From positions 2,480,001 to 2,544,000 of the forward strand of contig OZ024759.1 in assembly GCA_964016885.1 (NCBI GenBank): DNA of 64,000 nucleotides, given 5' to 3'. Position numbers and translations under genes: made by a program. The DNA is from Eledone cirrhosa (lineage: Eukaryota). Positions 39,488 through 50,169 of this stretch are shown one piece after another. The notes under the pieces were generated by a model. That model ran no database searches and had not been told where the DNA came from. It was given only the letters and a program-made list of their open reading frames with translations. How positions within the stretch are numbered: the stretch's first letter is position 1; each line of letters begins with the position of its first letter.

Positions 39488-40937
39488 CCACAAGTTGAGG
39501 TAACAAAGAGGTTAAAGTTCTGTTTCACCCATGTTTCTCACTCCTCACTAGTTGAGGTAACAAAGAGGTTAAAGTTCTGTTTCACCCATGTTTCTACCTC
39601 CTCACTATATGAGGTAACAAAGAGGTTAAAGTTCTGTTTACCCCATGTTTCTCACTCCTCACTATTGAGGTAACAAAGAGGTTAAATTTCTGTTTCACAC
39701 ATGTTTCTCCCTCCTTACTAGTTGAGGTAACAATGAGGTTAAAGTTCTGTTTCACCCATGTTTCTACCCCTTACTAGTTGAGGTAACAAAGAGGTTAAAG
39801 TTCTGTTTCACCCATGTTTCTACCTCCTCACTAGTTGAGGTAACAAAGAGGTTAAAGTTATGTTTCCCCCATGTTTCTCCCTCCTCACTAGTTGAGGTAA
39901 CAAAGAGGTTGAAGTTCTGTTTCACCCATGTTTCTACCTTCCTCACTATTTGAGGTAACAAAGAGGTTAAAGTTCTGTTTCACCCATGTTTCTACCTCCT
40001 CACTAGTTGAGGTAACAAAGAGGTTAAAGTTCTGTTTCACCCAAGTTTCTCCCTCCTCACTAGTTGAGGTAACAAAGAGGTTAAAGTTCTGTTTCACCCA
40101 TGTTTCTCACCCCTCACTAGTTGAGGTAACAAAGAGGTTAAAGTTCTGTTTCACCCATGTTTCTACCTCCTCACTAGTTGAGGTAACAAAGAGGTTAAAG
40201 TTCTGTTTCACACATGTTTCTCCCTCCTTACTAGTTGAGGTAACAATGAGGTTAAAGTTCTGTTTCACCCATGTTACTACCCCTTACTAGTTTAGGTAAC
40301 AAAGAGATTAAAGTTCTGTTTCACCCCTGTTTCTACCTCCTCACTATTTGAGGTAACAAAGAGGTTAAAGTTCTGTTTCCCCCATGTTTCTCCCTCCTCA
40401 CTATTTGAGGTAACAAATAGGTTAAAGTTCTGTTTCAGCCATGTTTCTCCCCCCTCACTAGTTTAGGTAACAAAGAGGTTAAAGTTCTGTTTCACCCATG
40501 TTTCTCCCTCCTCACTAGTTGAGGTAACAAAGAGGTTAAAGTTCTGTTTCACCCATGTTTCTCCCTCCTCACTAGTTGAGGTAACAAAGAGGTTAAAGTT
40601 CTGTTTCACCCATGTTTCTCCCTCCTCACTAGTTGAGGTAACAAAGAGGTTAAAGTTCTGTTTCACCCATGTTTCTCCCTCCTCACTAGTTGAGGTAACA
40701 AAGAGGTTGAAGTTCTATTTCACCCATGTTTCTACCTTCCTCACTATTTGAGGTAACAAAGAGGTTAAAGTTCTGTTTCACCCATGTTTCTACCTCCTCA
40801 CTAGTTGAGGTAACAAAGAGGTTAAAGTTCTGTTTCACCCATGGTTCTCCCTCCTCACTAGTTGAGGTAACAAAGAGGTTAAAGTTCTGTTTCACCCATG
40901 TTTCTCCCTCCTCACTAGTTGAGGTAACAAAGAGGTC

Positions 40938-43900
40938 AAAGTTCTGTTTCACCCATGTTTTTCCTTCCTTACCATTTGAGGTAACAAAGAGTTTAAAGTT
41001 CTGTTTCACCCATGTTCTCCCTCCTCACTAGTTGAGGTAACAAAGAGGTTAGAGTTCTGTTTCACCCATTTTGCTACCTCCTCACTATTTGAGGTAACGA
41101 AAAGGTTAAAGTTCTGTTTCACCCATGTTTCTCTCTCCTCACTATTTGAGGTAACAAAGGGGTTAAAGTTCTGTTTCACCCATGTTCCCCCCCCTCACTA
41201 GTTTAGGTAACAAAGAGGTTAAAGTTCTGTTTCACCCATGTTTCTCCCTCCTCACTAAATGAGGTAACAAAGAGGTTAAAGTTCTGTTTCACACATGTTT
41301 CTCCCTCCTTACTAGTTGAGGTAACAATGAGGTTAAAGTTCTGTTTCACCCATGTTTCTACCCCTTACTAATGAGGTAACAAAGAGCTTAAAGTTCTGTT
41401 TCACCCATGTTTCTACCTCCTCACTAGTTGAGGTAACAAAGAGGTTAAAGTTCTGTTTACCCCATGTTTCTCCCTCCTCACTATTTGATGTAACAAATAG
41501 GTTAAAGTTCTGTTTCCCCCATGTTTCTGCCTCCTCACTATTTGAGGTAACAAATAGGTTAGAGTTCTGTTTCACCCATGTTTCTCACCCCTCACTAGTT
41601 GAGGTAACAAAGAGGTTAAAGTTCTGTTTCAGCCATGTTTCTCCCTCCTCTTTAGTTGAGGTAACAAAGAGGTTAAAGTTCTGTTTCACACATGTTCTCC
41701 CTCCTCACTAGTTGAGGTAACAAAGAGGTTAAAGTTCGGTTTCACCCATGTTTCTACCTCCTCTCTAGTTGAGGTAACAAAGAGGTTAAAGTTCTGTTTC
41801 ACCCATGTTTCTCCCTCCTCATTAGTTGAGGTAACAAAGACGTTAAAGTTCTGTTTCACACATGTTTCTCCCTCCTTACTAGTTGAGGTAACAATGAGGT
41901 TAAAGTTCTGTTTCACCCATGTTTCTACCCCTTACTAGTTGAGGTAACAAAGAGGTTAAAGTTCTGTTTCACCCATGTTTCTACCTCCTCACTAGTTGAG
42001 GTAACAAAGAGGTTAAAGTTCTGTTTCCCCCATGTTTCTACCCCTTACTAGTTGAGGTAACAAAGAGGTTAAAGTTCTGTTTCACCCATGTTTCTACCTC
42101 CTCACTAGTTGAGGTAACAAAGATGTTAAAGTTCTGTTTCACCCATGTTTCTCCATCCTCACTAGTTGAGGTAACAAAGAGGTTAAAGTTCTGTTTCACA
42201 CATGTTTCTCCCTCCTTACTAGTTGAGGTAACAATGAGGTTAAAGTTCTGTTTCACCCATGTTTCTACCCCTTACTAATGAGGTAACAAAGAGTTTAAAG
42301 TTCTGTTTCACCCATGTTTCTACCTCCTCACTAGTTGAGGTAACAAAGAGGTTAAAGTTCTGTTTACCCCATGTTTCTCCCTCCTCACTATTTGATGTAA
42401 CAAATAGGTTAAAGTTCTGTTTCCCCCATGTTTCGACCTCCTCACTAGTTGAGGTAACAAAGAGGTTAAAGTTCTGTTTCACCCATGTTTCTCCCTCCTC
42501 ATTAGTTGAGGTAACAAAGAGGTTAAAGTTCTGTTTCACACATGTTCTCCCTCCTTACTAGTTGAGGCAAAAATGAGGTTAAAGTTCTGTTTCACCCATG
42601 TTTCTACCCCTTACTAGTTGATGTAACAAAGAGGTTAAAGTTCTGTTTCACCCATGTTTCTACCTCCTCACTAGTTGAGGTAACAAAGAGGTTAAAGTTC
42701 TGTTTCCCCCATGTTTCTCCCTCCTCACTATTTGAGGTAACAAATAGGTTAAAGTTCTGTTTCAGCCATGTTTCTCCCCCCTCACAGATTGGGTAACAAA
42801 GAGGTTAAAGTTCTGTTTCACCCATGTTTCTCCCTCCTCACTAGTTGAGGTAACAAAGAGGTTAAAGTTCTGATTCAGCCATGTTTCTCCCCCCTCACAG
42901 ATTGGGTAACAAAGAGGTTAAAGTTCTGTTTCACCCATGTTTCTCCCTCCTCACTAGTTGAGGTAACAAAGAGGTTAAAGTTCTGTTTCACCCATGTTTC
43001 TCACTCCTCACTATTGAGGTAACAAAGAGGTTAAAGTTCTGTTTCACACATGTTCTCCCTCCTTACTAGTTGAGGTAAAAATGAGGTTAAAGTTCTGTTT
43101 CACCCATGTTTCTACCCCTTACTAGTTGATGTAACAAAGAGGTTAAAGTTCTGTTTCACCCATGTTTCTACCTCCTTACTAGTTGAGGTAACAAAGAGGT
43201 TAAAGTTCTGTTTCCCCCATGTTTCTCCCTCCTCACTAGTTGAGGTAACAAATAGGTTAAAGTTCTGTTTCAGCCATGTTTCTCCCCCCTCACTAGTTTA
43301 GGTAACAAAGAGGTTAGAGTTCTGTTTCACCCATGTTTCTCCCTCCTCAGTAGATGAGGTAACAAACAGGTTAAAGTTCTGTTTCACACATGTTTCTCCC
43401 TCCTCACTAGTTGAGGTAACAAAGAGGTTAAAATTCTGTTTCACCCATGTTTCTCACTCCTCACTATTTAGGTAACAAAGAGGTTAAAGTTCTGTTTCAC
43501 ACATGTTTCTCCCTCCTTACTAGTTGAGGTAACAATGAGGTTAAAGTTCTGTTTCACCCATGTTTCTACCCCTTACTAGTTGAGGTAACAAAGACGTTAA
43601 AGTTCTGTTTCACCCATGTTTCTACCTCCTCACTAGTTGAGGTAACAAAGAGGTTAAAGTTCTGTTTCCCCCATGTTTCTCCCTCCTCACTAGTTGAGGT
43701 AACAAAGAGGTTGAAGTTCTGTTTCACCCATGTTTCTACCTTCCTCACTATTTGAGGTAACAAAGAGGTTAAAGTTCTGTTTCACCCATGTTTCTACCTC
43801 CTCACTAGTTGAGGTAACAAAGAGGTTAAAGTTCTGTTTCACCCAAGTTTCTCCCTCCTCACTAGTTGAGGTAACAAAGAGGTTAAAATTCTGTTTCACC

Positions 43901-46900
43901 CATGTTTCTCACCCCTCACTAGTTGAGGTAACAAAGAGGTTAAAGTTCTGTTTCACTCATGTTTCTACCTCCTCACTAGTTGAGGTAACAAAGAGGTTAA
44001 AGTTCTGTTCACCCATGTTTCTCCCTCCTCACTATTGAGGTAACAAAGAGGTTAAAGTTCTGTTTCACACATGTTTCTCCCTCCTTACTAGTTGAGGTAA
44101 CAATGAGGTTAAAGTTCTGTTTCACCCATGTTACTACCCCTTACTAGTTTAGGTAACAAAGAGATTAAAGTTCTGTTTCACCCCTGTTTCTACCTCCTCA
44201 CTATTTGAGGTAACAAAGAGGTTAAAGTTCTGTTTCCCCCATGTTTCTCCCTCCTCACTATTTGAGGTAACAAATAGGTTAAAGTTCTGTTTCAGCCATG
44301 TTTCTCCCCCCCTCACTAGTTTAGGTAATAAAGAGGTTAAAGTTCTGTTTCACCCATGTTTCTGCCTCCTCACTAGTTGAGTTAACAAAGAGGTTAAAGT
44401 TCTGTTTCACCCATGTTTTTCCTTCCTTACCATTTGAGGTAACAAAGAGTTTAAAGTTCTGTTTCACCCATGTTCTCCCTCCTCACTAGTTGAGGTAACA
44501 AAGAGGTTAGAGTTCTGTTTCACCCATTTTGCTACCTCCTCACTATTTGAGGTAACGAAAAGGTTAAAGTTCTGTTTCACCCATGTTTCTCTCTCCTCAC
44601 TATTTGAGGTAACAAAGGGGTTAAAGTTCTGTTTCACCCATGTTCCCCCCCCTCACTAGTTTAGGTAACAAAGAGGTTAAAGTTCTGTTTCACCCATGTT
44701 TCTCCCTCCTCACTAAATGAGGTAACAAAGAGGTTAAAGTTCTGTTTCACACATGTTTCTCCCTCCTTACTAGTTGAGGTAACAATGAGGTTAAAGTTCT
44801 GTTTCACCCATGTTTCTACCCCTTACTAATGAGGTAACAAAGAGCTTAAAGTTCTGTTTCACCCATGTTTCTACCTCCTCACTAGTTGAGGTAACAAAGA
44901 GGTTAAAGTTCTGTTTACCCCATGTTTCTCCCTCCTCACTATTTGATGTAACAAATAGGTTAAAGTTCTGTTTCCCCCATGTTTCTGCCTCCTCACTATT
45001 TGAGGTAACAAATAGGTTAGAGTTCTGTTTCACCCATGTTTCTCACCCCTCACTAGTTGAGGTAACAAAGAGGTTAAAGTTCTGTTTCAGCCATGTTTCT
45101 CCCTCCTCTTTAGTTGAGGTAACAAAGAGGTTAAAGTTCTGTTTCACACATGTTCTCCCTCCTCACTAGTTGAGGTAACAAAGAGGTTAAAGTTCGGTTT
45201 CACCCATGTTTCTACCTCCTCTCTAGTTGAGGTAACAAAGAGGTTAAGGTTCTGTTTCACCCATGTTTCTCCCTCCTCATTAGTTGAGGTAACAAAGACG
45301 TTAAAGTTCTGTTTCACACATGTTTCTCCCTCCTTACTAGTTGAGGTAACAATGAGGTTAAAGTTCTGTTTCACCCATGTTTCTACCCCTTACTAGTTGA
45401 GGTAACAAAGAGGTTAAAGTTCTGTTTCACCCATGTTTCTACCTCCTCACTAGTTGAGGTAACAAAGAGGTTAAAGTTCTGTTTCCCCCATGTTTCTACC
45501 CCTTACTAGTTGAGGTAACAAAGAGGTTAAAGTTCTGTTTCACCCATGTTTCTACCTCCTCACTAGTTGAGGTAACAAAGATGTTAAAGTTCTGTTTCAC
45601 CCATGTTTCTCCATCCTCACTAGTTGAGGTAACAAAGAGGTTAAAGTTCTGTTTCACACATGTTTCTCCCTCCTTACTAGTTGAGGTAACAATGAGGTTA
45701 AAGTTCTGTTTCACCCATGTTTCTACCCCTTACTAATGAGGTAACAAAGAGTTTAAAGTTCTGTTTCACCCATGTTTCTACCTCCTCACTAGTTGAGGTA
45801 ACAAAGAGGTTAAAGTTCTGTTTACCCCATGTTTCTCCCTCCTCACTATTTGATGTAACAAATAGGTTAAAGTTCTGTTTCCCCCATGTTTCGACCTCCT
45901 CACTAGTTGAGGTAACAAAGAGGTTAAAGTTCTGTTTCACCCATGTTTCTCCCTCCTCATTAGTTGAGGTAACAAAGAGGTTAAAGTTCTGTTTCACACA
46001 TGTTCTCCCTCCTTACTAGTTGAGGCAAAAATGAGGTTAAAGTTCTGTTTCACCCATGTTTCTACCCCTTACTAGTTGATGTAACAAAGAGGTTAAAGTT
46101 CTGTTTCACCCATGTTTCTACCTCCTCACTAGTTGAGGTAACAAAGAGGTTAAAGTTCTGTTTCCCCCATGTTTCTCCCTCCTCACTATTTGAGGTAACA
46201 AATAGGTTAAAGTTCTGTTTCAGCCATGTTTCTCCCCCCTCACAGATTGGGTAACAAAGAGGTTAAAGTTCTGTTTCACCCATGTTTCTCCCTCCTCACT
46301 AGTTGAGGTAACAAAGAGGTTAAAGTTCTGATTCAGCCATGTTTTTCCCCCCTCACAGATTGGGTAACAAAGAGGTTAAAGTTCTGTTTCACCCATGTTT
46401 CTCCCTCCTCACTAGTTGAGGTAACAAAGAGGTTAAAGTTCTGTTTCACCCATGTTTCTCACTCCTCACTATTGAGGTAACAAAGAGGTTAAAGTTCTGT
46501 TTCACACATGTTCTCCCTCCTTACTAGTTGAGGTAAAAATGAGGTTAAAGTTCTGTTTCACCCATGTTTCTACCCCTTACTAGTTGATGTAACAAAGAGG
46601 TTAAAGTTCTGTTTCACCCATGTTTCTACCTCCTTACTAGTTGAGGTAACAAAGAGGTTAAAGTTCTGTTTCCCCCATGTTTCTCCCTCCTCACTAGTTG
46701 AGGTAACAAATAGGTTAAAGTTCTGTTTCAGCCATGTTTCTCCCCCCTCACTAGTTTAGGTAACAAAGAGGTTAAAGTTCTGTTTCACCCATGTTTCTCC
46801 CTCCTCAGTAGATGAGGTAACAAACAGGTTAAAGTTCTGTTTCACACATGTTTCTCCCTCCTCACTAGTTGAGGTAACAAAGAGGTTAAAATTCTGTTTC

Positions 46901-47852
46901 ACCCATGTTTCTCACTCCTCACTATTTAGGTAACAAAGAGGTTAAAGTTCTGTTTCACACATGTTTCTCCCTCCTTACTAGTTGAGGTAACAATGAGGTT
47001 AAAGTTCTGTTTCACCCATGTTTCTACCCCTTACTAGTTGAGGTAACAAAGAGGTTAAAGTTCTGTTTCACCCATGTTTCTACCTCCTCACTAGTTGAGG
47101 TAACAAAGAGGTTAAAGTTCTGTTTCCCCCATGTTTCTCCCTCCTCACTAGTTGAGGTAACAAAGAGGTTGAAGTTCTGTTTCACCCATGTTTCTACCTT
47201 CCTCACTATTTGAGGTAACAAAGAGGTTAAAGTTCTGTTTCACCCATGTTTCTACCTCCTCACTAGTTGAGGTAACAAAGAGGTTAAAGTTCTGTTTCAC
47301 CCAAGTTTCTCCCTCCTCACTAGTTGAGGTAACAAAGAGGTTAAAATTCTGTTTCACCCATGTTTCTCACCCCTCACTAGTTGAGGTAACAAAGAGGTTA
47401 AAGTTCTGTTTCACTCATGTTTCTACCTCCTCACTAGTTGAGGTAACAAAGAGGTTAAAGTTCTGTTCACCCATGTTTCTCCCTCCTCACTATTGAGGTA
47501 ACAAAGAGGTTAAAGTTCTGTTTCACACATGTTTCTCCCTCCTTACTAGTTGAGGTAACAATGAGGTTAAAGTTCTGTTTCACCCATGTTACTACCCCTT
47601 ACTAGTTTAGGTAACAAAGAGATTAAAGTTCTGTTTCACCCCTGTTTCTACCTCCTCACTATTTGAGGTAACAAAGAGGTTAAAGTTCGGTTTCCCCCAT
47701 GTTTCTCCCTCCTCACTATTTGAGGTAACAAATAGGTTAAAGTTCTGTTTCAGCCATGTTTCTCCCCCCTCACTAGTTTAGGTAATAAAGAGGTTAAAGT
47801 TCTGTTTCACCCATGTTTCTGCCTCCTCACTAGTTGAGTTAACAAAGAGGTT
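40938..47852. repeat. Direct tandem duplication of a 3458-bp unit (~61 monomers): ~40938-44395 and ~44396-47852
   Basis: ORF pairs 41333/44791, 41686/45144, 42038/45496, 42240/45698, 43566/47024, 43730/47188. Shared markers CTAAATGAGG (~41255/~44713), TTTCGACCTC (~42431/~45889), TCTGATTCAGCC, AAACAGG and the CTGTTCACCC deletion (~44005/~47463). Confidence 0.93.
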
Positions 47853-48689
47853 AAAGTTCTGTTTCACCCATGTTTCTCCCTCCTCACTAGTTGAGGTAAC
47901 AAAGAGGTTAAAGTTCTGTTTCACCCATGTTTCTCCCTCCTCACTAGTTGAGGTAACAAAGAGGTTAAAGTTCTGTTTCACCCATGTTTCTCCCTCCTCA
48001 CTAGTTGAGGTAACAAAGAGGTTAAAGTTCTGTTTCACCCATGTTTCTCCCTCCTCACTAGTTGAGGTAACAAAGAGGTCAAAATTCTGTTTCACCCATG
48101 TTTCTCCTTCCTTACCATTTGAGGTAAAAAAGAGGTTAAAGTTCTGTTTCACCCATGTTCTCCCTCCTCAATAGTTGAGGTAACAAAGAGGTTAGAGTTC
48201 TGTTTCACCCATGTTGCTACCTCCTCACTAGTTGAGGTAACAAAAAGGTTAAAGTTCTGTTTCACCCATGTTTCTCTCTCCTCACTATTAGAGGTAACAA
48301 AGAGGTTAAAGTTCTGTTTAACCCATGTTTCTCCCTCCTCACTAGTTGAGGTAACAAAGAGCTTAGAGTTCTGTTTCACCCATGTTTCTACCTCCTCACT
48401 ATTTGAGGTAACAAAGAGGTTAAAGTTCTGTTTCACCCATGGACCTAGCGCCTGACTAGTTGAGGTAACAAAGAGGTTAAACTTCTGTTTAACCCATGTC
48501 TCTACCTTCCTCACTAGTTGAGGTAACAAAGAGGTTAAAGTTCTGTTTCACACATGTTTCTACCTCCTCAATAGTTGAGGTAACAAAGAGGTTAAAGTTG
48601 TGTTTCACCCATGTTTCTACCTCCTCACTATTTGAGGTAACAAAGAGGTTAAAAGTTCTGTTTCACCCATGTTTCTCCCTCCCCCCTTA

Positions 48690-50169
48690 TGAGGTAACAA
48701 AGAGGTTAAAGTTCTGTTTCACCCATGTTTCTACCTTCCTCACTATTTGAGGTAACAAAGAGGTTAAAGTTCTGTTTCACCCATGTTTCTACCTCCTCAC
48801 TAGTTGAGGTAACAAAGAGGTTAAAGTTCTGTTTCACCCAAGTTTCTCCCTCCTCACTAGTTGAGGTAACAAAGAGGTTAAAGTTCTGTTTCACCCATGT
48901 TTCTCACCCCTCACTAGTTGAGGTAACAAAGAGGTTAAAGTTCTGTTTCACCCATGTTTCTACCTCCTCACTAGTTGAGGTAACAAAGAGGTTAAAGTTC
49001 TGTTTCACCCATGTTCCTCCCTCCTCATTAGTTGAGGTAACAAAGAGGTTAAAGTTCTGTTTCACCCATGTTTCTCCCTCCTCACTATTGAGGTAACAAA
49101 GAGGTTAAAGTTCTGTTTCACACATGTTTCTCCCTCCTTACTAGTTGAGGTAACAATGAGGTTAAAGTTCTGTTTCACCCATGTTTCTCCATCCTTACCA
49201 TTTGAGGTAACAAAGAGGTTAAAGTTCTGTTTCACCCATGTTCTCCCTCCTCACTAGTTGAGGTAACAAAGAGATTAAAGTTCTGTTTCACCCATGTTTC
49301 TACCGCCTCACTACTTGAGGTAACAAAGAGGTTAAAGTTCTGTTTCCCCCATGTTTCTCCCTCCTCACTATTTGAGGTAACAAAGAGGTTAAAGTTCTGT
49401 TTCCCCCATGTTTCTCCCTCCTCACTATTTGAGGTAACAAAGAGGTTAAAGTTCTGTTTCACCCATGTTTCTACCTTCCTCACTATTTGAGGTAACAAAG
49501 AGGTTAAAGTTCTGTTTCACCCATGTTTCTACCTCCTCACTAGTTGAGGTAACAAAGAGGTTAAAGTTCTGTTTCACCCAAGTTTCTCCCTCCTCACTAG
49601 TTGAGGTAACAAAGAGGTTAAAGTTCTGTTTCACCCATGTTTCTCACCCCTCACTAGTTGAGGTAACAAAGAGGTTAAAGTTCTGTTTCACCCATGTTTC
49701 TACCTCCTCACTAGTTGAGGTAACAAAGAGGTTAAAGTTCTGTTTCACCCATGTTCCTCCCTCCTCATTAGTTGAGGTAACAAAGAGGTTAAAGTTCTGT
49801 TTCACCCATGTTTCTCCCTCCTCACTATTGAGGTAACAAAGAGGTTAAAGTTCTGTTTCACACATGTTTCTCCCTCCTTACTAGTTGAGGTAACAATGAG
49901 GTTAAAGTTCTGTTTCACCCATGTTTCTCCATCCTTACCATTTGAGGTAACAAAGAGGTTAAAGTTCTGTTTCACCCATGTTCTCCCTCCTCACTAGTTG
50001 AGGTAACAAAGAGATTAAAGTTCTGTTTCACCCATGTTTCTACCGCCTCACTACTTGAGGTAACAAAGAGGTTAAAGTTCTGTTTCCCCCATGTTTCTCC
50101 CTCCTCACTAGTTGAGGTAACAAATAGGTTAAAGTTCTGTTTCCCCCATGTTTCTCCCTCCTCACTAGT
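48690..50169. repeat. Direct tandem duplication of a 740-bp unit (13 monomers)
   Basis: ORF pairs 48706/49446 and 48725/49465. Private markers TACCGCCTCACTACTTG (49301/50041) and ATGTTCCTCC (49011/49751). Confidence 0.92.

Noticed and set aside
14330-44660. G-quadruplex motifs from poly-C tracts and CCCCC variants
   Set aside because: Most monomers do not provide four G3+ runs with short loops on the minus strand, and the G8-G12 runs are isolated. Sequence alone does not support a call.
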